Origin: Syntrophales bacterium
GTDB taxonomy: Bacteria; Desulfobacterota; Syntrophia; Syntrophales; PHBD01
DNA: 64,000 bases
Direction of reading: 5' to 3'
Assembly: GCA_963668175.1 (NCBI GenBank)
Contig: OY764159.1
Location: 2,400,001-2,464,000, forward strand
The notes below the pieces were generated by a model. That model did not search any database. It saw only the letters and a list, made by a program, of their open reading frames with translations, and was not told the DNA's origin. This document shows, piece after piece, positions 29,670 through 38,200 of the stretch (positions are counted from its first letter, which is position 1; the number at the start of each line of letters is the position of its first letter). Made by a program: the position numbers and the translations under genes.

Positions 29670-30356
29670 TTAGGGATTTATCCTGCTGACATACTTTTCG
29701 CAATACTCAAGAAAGGTTCTATAATTACCTTTACCGTGGGCTCTTTTCGTCCTGCCGAGGACAGTTTTGTCAATCCGAGACTGGACAAAAGTGCAGACTT
29801 CTTCAAATAGATGAAGTGGTATTGAATCCCATTTTGCTCCATACTTCCGCTTGATAGCACTATAAAAAATAGGAAATCTGTATTTCTCTCCTTTTTCAGC
29901 TCTGGCAAATTCATGATATCGATCTATAAGGTATTTCAAGTAATTCCGCTTTATTGCATTTGTCCCGATTGCGTCTCGCGGTATAAGTGCCGGTCTTCTG
30001 CCGTTCTTTCCGTGGATATGAACCTCATGAGCAATAGTACCGGTGTTAACGCTTCCCATAAAGTTCATGATATATGACTTACCAGTCATTTTTGCGTTAG
30101 GATTACCCTCGTACTTCAGTATTCTCTTCTGCAAAACAACATCTGATTGAGATATTTGACCAGCCGTTATCTTCCCATGGCAGTTCCTACAAACGTAAAT
30201 AAGATTTTCTTCCGCATGCGGATTCGGAATATTCTTACCGAGAATATGGTGAAATTCCAAAGTCGTCACATCATTTTCGCCGCAAAAACCGCAAAGCCCG
30301 GCAGCTTCCTGAATAATAAGCTTCTTCGTTTTTAAGGAGATATCTTTTAGAGGCAC
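29670..30356 (-). CDS. HNH endonuclease with an ORF6C-like C-terminal domain
   Basis: CGFC..LEFHHI..NLIYVCRNCH; C-terminal FYSAIKRKYGAKWDSIPLHLFEEV. Confidence 0.82.
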   Translation of the reverse strand: MPLKDISLKTKKLIIQEAAGLCGFCGENDVTTLEFHHILGKNIPNPHAEENLIYVCRNCHGKITAGQISQSDVVLQKRILKYEGNPNAKMTGKSYIMNFMGSVNTGTIAHEVHIHGKNGRRPALIPRDAIGTNAIKRNYLKYLIDRYHEFARAEKGEKYRFPIFYSAIKRKYGAKWDSIPLHLFEEVCTFVQSRIDKTVLGRTKRAHGKGNYRTFLEYCEKYVSRINP

Positions 30357-30434
30357 AGGGATCTTCTTTCAGCTAGATTTTAACGGTTTTCTTCCTTTCG
30401 CTGCTTAACCGACAAATCTTTGATGCCCAATTAT

Positions 30435-31289
30435 CTATCTCTTGTCTCTCTGTTTCTTTCTAGCCGCCCGCTCTACCATGCGTAACATCTTTTCGGAGTG
30501 ATTATTGTCTGAAAAAGCATTTCCACTATCTTCGTAATCAGCCCATGTGTGTCCTGAAATATCGGAAGGTGGTGTGGGGCAGTCTTTCATTTTAATCGGC
30601 AAGACTCTTATCCCCCATGTCAGGGCAACACCCATTTCTAACATTACATTTGGATTTAAGTCAGATGTATCAAATACAGCTATATCTGCAGATATGATGT
30701 CACGACAAATTTCATTGAACAAATGCGCGCCGTAACCAGCGGCTAAAGGACGAAAATCAAGAACAACAGATATTGCATTTCTCAAAGAGTTGTATTCACT
30801 AACAGCACGTTTAAAGCTGTTTTCCAAGTTATTCTTTAATTTTTCTGTATCGTAATAGGATGATTTAAATTGGTATCCAAAAACGACTGACAGTGTATTG
30901 CCTCTTGATTTTTTATCAGCAACAATTTCCCAGTCTTCGTCTTTGAAACCATATGGTGAGCCGACTGGCACAGCGGGCTCATAAATCATTGTCTTTGCGG
31001 TGGACAAACCTTGTTGATATTCTTTTTCAGCTTGTTCATATTCTATTTTACCTCTGGGGGTTATCCAAACACATGAAAAATCATATGGTGCTGTTCCAAA
31101 TTCCTGATCCCATTCAACATAAGTAGCATCAAGAAGAATACTGACTGCGTCATTGATCTCTTGGGGTGTAAGTTTGGTCAATTCTTGAAGACTTTTTCCA
31201 TCCAACTGAGGATTGTTCGATGATCCAAAAGCAGCACGATATAATTCTTCAAGAACCCTCGCCGCATTTTCTTCCACCGTCTTTGCCAT
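30435..31289 (-). CDS. Winged-helix + nucleoside 2-deoxyribosyltransferase/TIR-like domain protein
   Basis: N-terminal wHTH pattern (LQELTKLTPQEINDAVSILL..ITPRG); C-terminal ISADIAVFDTSDLNPNVMLEMG..PSDISG. ATG at 31289 with an AAGGA RBS. Confidence 0.7.
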   Translation of the reverse strand: MAKTVEENAARVLEELYRAAFGSSNNPQLDGKSLQELTKLTPQEINDAVSILLDATYVEWDQEFGTAPYDFSCVWITPRGKIEYEQAEKEYQQGLSTAKTMIYEPAVPVGSPYGFKDEDWEIVADKKSRGNTLSVVFGYQFKSSYYDTEKLKNNLENSFKRAVSEYNSLRNAISVVLDFRPLAAGYGAHLFNEICRDIISADIAVFDTSDLNPNVMLEMGVALTWGIRVLPIKMKDCPTPPSDISGHTWADYEDSGNAFSDNNHSEKMLRMVERAARKKQRDKR

Positions 31290-31713
31290 TTTTATTTCCT
31301 TCGTAGCCAGTGGGCAATAGGAGACTAATTTAAGGACGGTTCTTCTATCATATGATATTGTCGACAAATGAACCGACCCTAAAATACAATACAGCAAATC
31401 CAAGAAGAGAATATTTGGGATCAAGGGATTCAAAAAGTTTTCTGAACCTAAATATATCCTCTGTCAAGAAAAATATCAGTAAAGTTTAGTCAAAATAAAT
31501 AATCAGCCCGCAAACCATATGCAATCCTTTCTCAGCAGGCCATCGTCCGGGCATCGGCAGGATCGTGATGTTTTTCCTTGAAGGTTCGTTTTGATTCTTG
31601 GCGGATTGCGAGGGTGTTCAACGTGGCCGTTCGGCGGACGCCCATCTATCACGCGGTTTATCGCGTCAATAGCCTTTGCGTGGCTTGTCGTGCGGTTTGC
31701 AGCGTGCAGGGGA

Positions 31714-31875
31714 GGGGCGTTCAGTCTCTCGGGGCGTCTGCTTTTGCTGTGCCCGGAAGGCTGCGGTCCGCGAAGGGAAGTTCGCCCTGGTCCTTGCGCC
31801 GCCGGACGGTTCGCGCGGCCTTGACGGCCTTGTCCCCGTCGGGCTTCCGGTCTTCGTTGACGTAGACCGTCTGCG
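31714..31875 (-). repeat. Diverged duplicate of the mscS 3' end (copy of 34096-34257)
   Basis: Manual ungapped alignment of 162 bp with about 15 mismatches. Confidence 0.9.
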
Positions 31876-32051
31876 GCGGCAGGCCGCGGTCCGGCTAAGG
31901 GCGGTCCAGTTCCCTACGGACGGCGGGGCCGATGCTTTCCCGGCGGTAGGGCTTCCTGACAAAAGTCCCGCCGCCCGGGCACATCCCGCCTCGTGACGGT
32001 GTGATATCTATTCAAAAACGGCATGTCAAGAAGTTGCTTGATGTGGGAAGC

Positions 32052-33815
32052 CTAGGTTTTTTCGCTGTGGTCCGCATCTGTGTCCGGCAGGGTGAAATAG
32101 AAAGCCGCACCTTCGCCTTCTTTGCCTTCGGCCCACACCCGGCCGCCGTGACGGTGGACAATCCGCTGGACGATGGCCAGGCCGACGCCCGTCCCTTCGT
32201 ACTCGTCGGAATGCAGCCGCTCGAAGACGCTGAAGAGTTTATCGCAATATGCCATGTCGAAGCCGACGCCGTTGTCCCTGACTGCATAGACGATCTCGCC
32301 GCCGTCGCGATGGCCGGAAAATGCGATCACGGCGGGATTTTTATCCTTCGTGAACTTCGCGGCGTTGGAGAGCAGATTGAAAACGACCTGCCTTATAAGA
32401 GCGGAATCGCCGCGACCGGGAGGAAGTTCTCCAATGTCGCATTCGATCTCGCGCTGCGGGCATGTCTCCCGGATTCCCTGCCAAACGTTGTGGGCCAGGG
32501 CTTTCATATCGATGACATCCACGTCCATCCGCCTGCGGCTGTATCGGGAAAAGGAGAGCAAGTCTTCGATCAAATTGCCCATCGTCTGGGTGCTTTCCCG
32601 GATGACCTTGATGTGCCTTTGGGCATCTTCGGCCATGCTGTCGCCGTACTTGGACAGAAGCATCCGGGAAAACCCGTCTATGGCCCGCAGCGGCGCCTTG
32701 AGATCGTGGGAGACGGAATAGCTGAATCTCTCAAGTTCCTGAACGGTGTCTTCGAGTTGACGGGTACGTTCCTTCACCCGCAAATCCAGGTCTTCATTGA
32801 TCCTGGAAATCTCGTCCTTGGCCGAAACCAGCTCCGTGAGCGTCCGCTCTTCCCTGGCGACGCTCTTGTAAGCCTGCCTTGAGACCCACGCCAGCAAGAA
32901 AAGGGCGACGACCGCCGTCAGGGTGTAATATTTCGCGCGGCTGCGCCATTCCCTCAGGACCAAATCGACGGGGATGCCCGTCGTCACGATCAGCGGCAGA
33001 TCTTCTATCTTGCTGTAGGCGATAAGGCGCTTAGCGCCTTCCAACCCGGGAGATTCGAATGTTCCCGATGGGGAGGCGCCCGTAGCAAGCTTGAACAGAA
33101 CCAGGTCTTTGAAGTTTCTTCCCAACAAATCGCCCTGCATCGGCTGGCGGAGGACGAGGGCGCCGTCCGTGCGAAAGACCGTAACACGGCCTTCTTCACC
33201 GATATCGAGATTGCGGAGGAAATTCGTGAAATCGTCGGTTTCCACCGCCGCCAGGACAATACCGAGAAAACGTCCGTCCTTTCCGCTTATCCGGCGACTG
33301 ATGGTGAAGCTGTACTTCTCGGTGATTCTCCCTTTGACGAGAGGCCCGATGTAACTTTCAATCCCCTGGTCTCTTTGCGGGACAAAGTACTCGCGGTCGG
33401 CGAAGTTCATACGCCGCGACGGGTACATGGTCGAATCCATCAGCAGCTCGCCCTTGTCGTCCAGAAGCCAGATCGATCCCGCTTCCGGCAGCGATCTGGC
33501 GGCGCGTCGAAAGACTTCCCAATCTTCCTTCGAGGCCTTGATCCGGCCGATGCCCTTTTCCCGTATCCTCTCGGCGAGATTGTGCAGGATGACGTCCGTG
33601 GCCGTCGTAGTCCGTTTCATGCGCTCGTTCAGCGAAAGCGCCGTTTTCTGAAGGATGATCTTAGCCCGCTCGATGGTCCTGTCGCGGTCGGTGACGATGA
33701 CAAATCCCAGGACGAAAACATCGAGGAAAAACAGAAATGAGATAAGAGCGGCCAGATAGAACCTGGAAGATAATCTACGCAATGGTCGATAACTCCCATG
33801 ACGGGTGATTTTCAC
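32052..33815 (-). CDS. Membrane Cache-domain sensor histidine kinase
   Basis: Two TMs flanking NFADREYF (dCache-like); FSYSVSHDLKAPL, NLLSNAAKF, DNGVGF, GTGVGL. Confidence 0.92.
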   Translation of the reverse strand: MKITRHGSYRPLRRLSSRFYLAALISFLFFLDVFVLGFVIVTDRDRTIERAKIILQKTALSLNERMKRTTTATDVILHNLAERIREKGIGRIKASKEDWEVFRRAARSLPEAGSIWLLDDKGELLMDSTMYPSRRMNFADREYFVPQRDQGIESYIGPLVKGRITEKYSFTISRRISGKDGRFLGIVLAAVETDDFTNFLRNLDIGEEGRVTVFRTDGALVLRQPMQGDLLGRNFKDLVLFKLATGASPSGTFESPGLEGAKRLIAYSKIEDLPLIVTTGIPVDLVLREWRSRAKYYTLTAVVALFLLAWVSRQAYKSVAREERTLTELVSAKDEISRINEDLDLRVKERTRQLEDTVQELERFSYSVSHDLKAPLRAIDGFSRMLLSKYGDSMAEDAQRHIKVIRESTQTMGNLIEDLLSFSRYSRRRMDVDVIDMKALAHNVWQGIRETCPQREIECDIGELPPGRGDSALIRQVVFNLLSNAAKFTKDKNPAVIAFSGHRDGGEIVYAVRDNGVGFDMAYCDKLFSVFERLHSDEYEGTGVGLAIVQRIVHRHGGRVWAEGKEGEGAAFYFTLPDTDADHSEKT

Positions 33816-34102
33816 TCATCATCATAGTGGAACGGCTTGTCTCATGCAAATATAATTTACGGTCGTCGTTTTCCCGGGTGGTCTTCCGCAAAGACGACGC
33901 CGGACGCCTTTGAGCCGGAAACCGGGGGCTTAAACCGTTTTCCTGTCGAACTGGAACGGGTTCGGAAGGGCGTTGCCGGGAAAAGGGAGCGCTCCGGGCG
34001 GAGCACGCGCGGATGGCGCGGCGCAACCGTATCCGGCGTAAATCAGGCGGGATGCGGGGCCGTTCGGCGTCTGTTTTTATTTCTTATCCGGAGGCGGGGC
34101 GT

Positions 34103-35797
34103 TCAGTCCTTCGGAGTGTCTGCTTTTGCTGTGCCCGCAGGGCTGCCGTCCGCGAGGGGCAGTTCGCCCTGGTCCTTGCGCCGCCGCGCGGTCCGCGCGG
34201 CCTTCAGGGCCTTGTCCCCGTCGGGTTTCCGGTCTTCGTTGACGTAGACCGTCTGCGACGGGAAGGCGAAGCCGCCGCCGCACGACTCGACAAGGTCCAT
34301 GATCCTAAGGAGCAGTTCCTCCTGCACGGCCAGGAACCTCTCGTAGGTCGTTTCCAGGACATAGGCGAAGATCTTCACATCAAGGGACGACGCGCCGAGG
34401 GCGGCGAAATGGACGCGGGCGCCTTCGTCGTCCACGGCGGGGTGCGTTTTCAGGAGCGCGCGGACTTCCGCCGCGATGAGGCGGATCTGGTCGGCCGTCG
34501 TTTCGTAGCGCAGGTTCAGGGTATGGCGGAAGAGAAAGCGGTTCCGGAGGGTATAGTTTTCGACGCTGATCGACGAGAGCTGGCCGTTGGGAATGAAGAC
34601 GACCGTGCGGTTGATGGTGCGGATCTGTGTGGAGCGCAGGCCGATGTGTTCGACCGTGCCCTCGTATTCGCCCGCCTTGCAGTAATCGCCGACGCGGATC
34701 GGCTTGTCCCAGACGAGGAAAACCCCGCCGAAGAAATTCTCGATCGTCTTCTGGGCGGCGAAGGCCACGGCGAGGCCGCCGACGCCGAGGCCGGCGAACA
34801 CGGCCGTCAGGTTGATGCCGGCGAAGTAATAGAAGATCACGACGAGGCCCGCGACGATGACAAGGGCCTTGAGAAGCGTCGCCGACAGGCGGATGACGGC
34901 ATACGTGGCGGCGGGCTGGCGTCTTTCGATGATCCCGGCGCCGACGTCGATCAGGCGGATCAGGATCCACGTCAGGCCCGCGACGGCCAGGGTCGAGGCC
35001 AGGAACGTCCAGAAAAGGCGGCCCAGGAGCGACACCGTGCCGAGCGACAGGACATAGACCGCCCCCGCCGTGAAGAGGAGCATCAGGGGTTGCCGGGTCC
35101 CTTTGAATGCCGCCAGCGTCGGTTCATCGAAGCGGCGGCGGAGCGGCTCCCGCAGCAGGAAGAAAGAGATCAGGGTGCACAGCCAGCCGAGGAAGAGGGC
35201 CGCGGGCAGGATCACCAGGGGCAGAAGCCAGAAATAAAGCTGCCAGCCCGCAATCCGGGTTTCCGTCAGCGCGGCCGGAAGGTGCCGTTCCAGCCAGGTG
35301 ACGTCGAGCTCCTCGTATATCTCCGGGATGATTTTGAGCGTCTCGGAGGAGAAGAGCCAGACGGGCGGATTGTTCTCCTTGCGGACCCGTTCGAGGAGGA
35401 TCTTGAAATCGCCCTTGCTCGTCTTGACGACCCCCACAACCTCGCTGTTGACGGGCAGGCCGTCGTTGAGGTTCCCCTCGGGCTTGGAGCTCAGGGACGT
35501 TTGCGCGGTCGACAGGCCCTGGTCGAGGATCTTTTGCAGTTCCTGGGCGAGCTGCTGGGCCCGTTTTCCCGTCTGATAGGTGTCCAGGTAATCGACGGCC
35601 CGGTCCTCGTTCCCCTTTTCCATGGCCTTCAGGAAGCCGACGAACGTACCCTGGGGGGTGCTGCGGCCCAGGGGGTCGTCGTAGGTATCCGCGGCCTTCT
35701 TGGCGGCGGGCGTGTCCGCCTTCACGGCGGAAGGGGCCCCGGCGATGGCGATACAAACGGCGACTGCGACGGCGAACAGGATACGGAAAAACGGCAT
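34103..35797 (-). CDS. mscS: MscS family mechanosensitive channel with an N-terminal periplasmic domain
   Basis: GLGVGGLAVAFAAQKTIENFFGG, DKPIRVGD, GTVEHIGLRST, IPNGQL, FAFPSQT. Confidence 0.92.
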   Translation of the reverse strand: MPFFRILFAVAVAVCIAIAGAPSAVKADTPAAKKAADTYDDPLGRSTPQGTFVGFLKAMEKGNEDRAVDYLDTYQTGKRAQQLAQELQKILDQGLSTAQTSLSSKPEGNLNDGLPVNSEVVGVVKTSKGDFKILLERVRKENNPPVWLFSSETLKIIPEIYEELDVTWLERHLPAALTETRIAGWQLYFWLLPLVILPAALFLGWLCTLISFFLLREPLRRRFDEPTLAAFKGTRQPLMLLFTAGAVYVLSLGTVSLLGRLFWTFLASTLAVAGLTWILIRLIDVGAGIIERRQPAATYAVIRLSATLLKALVIVAGLVVIFYYFAGINLTAVFAGLGVGGLAVAFAAQKTIENFFGGVFLVWDKPIRVGDYCKAGEYEGTVEHIGLRSTQIRTINRTVVFIPNGQLSSISVENYTLRNRFLFRHTLNLRYETTADQIRLIAAEVRALLKTHPAVDDEGARVHFAALGASSLDVKIFAYVLETTYERFLAVQEELLLRIMDLVESCGGGFAFPSQTVYVNEDRKPDGDKALKAARTARRRKDQGELPLADGSPAGTAKADTPKD

Positions 35798-35914
35798 GAC
35801 GGCAACCTTCCTCAAAAATGGTCCGCTTTTCTTATCACATGTCGGGAAAGAAATCCGCTATTTGATTTTACCGGGTAGACGGCACCGAAGGGGGGTAAAA
35901 AGCCTGGATATCGT

Positions 35915-36086
35915 GAAGAGCGCTGCAATGCCCTTATGCATAAGCTGAACTCAGCTTGATCGAAACTGCCATTGAGGCAGTTTACCTTTACTGCAAAGAC
36001 CTGTCGTTTTCTTTTGACCTCACAGTATGGACATTTCACTTATCACGTCCCGCTGACGTGACCCGAGCATTGCAGCTGCTCCGCTT
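35915..36086 (-). ncRNA. Candidate structured RNA (closing stem + four internal hairpins)
   Basis: Long-range stem 36065-36081/35918-35933, four hairpins, and a sigma-70 promoter directly upstream (see findings). Confidence 0.55.
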
Positions 36087-36092
36087 AGGTTT

Positions 36093-36121
36093 AATTTATG
36101 GACGGTCCTTCCCTTTGTCAA
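36093..36121 (-). promoter_or_regulatory. Sigma-70 promoter
   Basis: TTGACA-N17-TAAATT on the minus strand. Confidence 0.7.
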
Positions 36122-36261
36122 GGAACGGGAAAAAATGAAGGATAATCAGGGGCTTCAAACGGCGGCAGCGGAAAACGGCGGGACGAATCGGGGAGGGGCG
36201 GCGGCCTCCGGGAAAGGACGGCCCGCGAAGGACGTCTCTTTCCGGAGGATGCGCCGGGCCG

Positions 36262-36498
36262 TCAGGCCGTCGTGTTCAGATTGTTCCCGACTTCGTTGTT
36301 TTCAATAAAAGGCGATTTTTGATTCTGCTGACTGCTTGCCGCCTCCAGGGGGTGCTTCTGCATGTACGCCGTTCTTTCCGCATCGGAAACGACGCCGTCC
36401 TTGTTGGTGTCCATCTTGTCGTAGACGCCGCTGCCCGATGAATCGGTGCTTCCCGACTGCAGGACATTGGTGCTGGATGTTACTGCCGATACCGTCAT
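36262..36498 (-). CDS. Small EF-hand protein
   Basis: DTNKDGVVSDAE EF-hand loop; AAGGAGAG RBS. Confidence 0.75.
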   Translation of the reverse strand: MTVSAVTSSTNVLQSGSTDSSGSGVYDKMDTNKDGVVSDAERTAYMQKHPLEAASSQQNQKSPFIENNEVGNNLNTTA

Positions 36499-36847
36499 GT
36501 CTTCTCTCCTTTCGCTGGCGCCGTACCTGCGGGCCGGATCTGCGCCGGTCCGCGCGGCCGGGCGTGTTGTCCGTTCTTCCGGCTGCCCGTTCGTTTACGG
36601 GCTGGGTCTCCTGCGGGAATACCCGGGCCGCCGTTTCCGCGGCCATGCCGGACAGTCCTCTGCTATGGCTATCGGCGTTCCGCCTTTACCGCTCAAGTTA
36701 AGGAGTGTTAAGTATTGAAAAGGAATCGACTACAATTTTTTCGGAAGCGTAAACAGTTTTATGGTACAAAGACCGGACGGGTTCCCCCGCCCCGTATCGT
36801 TGCGGGCGAGGAGCTGCATGAGCCGCGATGCGTCGAAAGGAGGCGTT

Positions 36848-38044
36848 ATGAAGAAGAGAGCGGGAACGGCCGTACTATTGGCGGCCTTGATCCTTTTGAG
36901 CCTGCCGGGGATGTTGTACGCCTATGAGCCGTTGGTGGAGAAAAAGGCGTTCGAGCTTAGGGAATACGTCACGGTCGGCGGGCAGCGGATCGCCCCGGTC
37001 CGCGTCGGCTACGAGACCTACGGCAAACTGAACGCAAGCAGGGACAACGTAATCCTCATCTGCCATTTCTTCGGCGGCACGTCCCATGCCGCCGGCCGTT
37101 ACGCCGCAACCGACAAGACGCCGGGCTACTGGGACGTCCTGGTCGGACCGGGAAGGGTCTTCGATACGGACAGGTACTTCGTCATCAGCATCGATACCCT
37201 GAACAATCTCAACACGAAGAACCCGACGGTGATCACGACGGGCCCCGCGACGATCGACCCCGCGACGGGCAAGCCTTACGGCATGTCCTTCCCAATCGTC
37301 ACGATCCGGGATTTCGTCCGGGTGCAGTACGAACTGCTGAAGTCGCTGGGGATCAAAAAGCTCAAATGCGTGACCGGCGCCTCCATGGGGGGCATGCAGG
37401 CCATCGAGTGGGCTGCGGCCTATCCGGACGTTGTCGAGAAGATCGTCCCCGTCGTCTCCGGGCCGCAGGCGCAGGCCTGGGCCATCGGCTGGATGAAAAT
37501 CTGGGCGGACGCCGTCAAGCAGGACCCGAAATGGAACGGCGGCGACTACTACGGCAGGGAGGAACCCCTCGACGGCATCGCCTTCTCGAACAAGATCATG
37601 CTCATGACGATATTCAGCCCCTGGCGGGCCGACCGGAACTTCGGCCGCAAGTGGGCGGACGAGGGCAAAAGCCCCCATGACGCCATGGAAAACAAGTTCC
37701 TCGTGGAGCAGTTCCTCGATAAGACCGCTTCCGCCTGGGCCGGGACGATCGACGCGAATGCCCTCATTTACATGGCGAAGGCCGTCGAGCTGCACGACAT
37801 CGGTTACGGCTTCGGCTCTTACGGCGAAGCGGTGAAGCGGATCAAGGCGGCCGTCCTTATGGTCCCGTCGCAGACCGACATCCTGATCTATCCCTACCAT
37901 GCGCGCCAGTTCGTCGAGGCAGTGAACAAAGCCGGGGGACGGGCGGCGGTGTTCGAGATTCCGTCGTGGGAGGGCCACATGGGCGGGATTGCGGGCGACA
38001 TCCTGAAGGCGGAAATCGACCTCCGCGCCTTCCTGGCCCGTTAG
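36848..38044 (+). CDS. Exported MetX-like alpha/beta hydrolase (homoserine acetyltransferase fold)
   Basis: Signal peptide; YETYGKLN, LICH, GYWD..GPG, GASMGG, GH. AGGAGG RBS. Confidence 0.88.
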   Translation: MKKRAGTAVLLAALILLSLPGMLYAYEPLVEKKAFELREYVTVGGQRIAPVRVGYETYGKLNASRDNVILICHFFGGTSHAAGRYAATDKTPGYWDVLVGPGRVFDTDRYFVISIDTLNNLNTKNPTVITTGPATIDPATGKPYGMSFPIVTIRDFVRVQYELLKSLGIKKLKCVTGASMGGMQAIEWAAAYPDVVEKIVPVVSGPQAQAWAIGWMKIWADAVKQDPKWNGGDYYGREEPLDGIAFSNKIMLMTIFSPWRADRNFGRKWADEGKSPHDAMENKFLVEQFLDKTASAWAGTIDANALIYMAKAVELHDIGYGFGSYGEAVKRIKAAVLMVPSQTDILIYPYHARQFVEAVNKAGGRAAVFEIPSWEGHMGGIAGDILKAEIDLRAFLAR

Positions 38045-38200
38045 GCGCGGTGCGGCGCCGTGAATCCGGAATGGAATAAGGCGTGATGGGGCGCGGCTTC
38101 CGCGATATGGTTCGCGCGGAAGACGGGGCGAAAACCAAGGGCGGCATTCGCAGCCGGCGCCGCCCGGACCGGGGCGTTCCTGCCGGGGATGCTTTTCCCG

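Noticed and set aside
28340..31560. Integron cassette array
   Set aside because: No attC-like RYYYAAC...GTTRRRY structures or integrase seen, and the genes are not all co-oriented.
31714..34257. Diversity-generating retroelement TR/VR pair
   Set aside because: Mismatches are not adenine-specific on either strand, and there is no reverse transcriptase in the window.
35915..36086. Retron msr-msd interpretation of the structured RNA
   Set aside because: The terminal inverted repeats fit, but there is no reverse transcriptase nearby.
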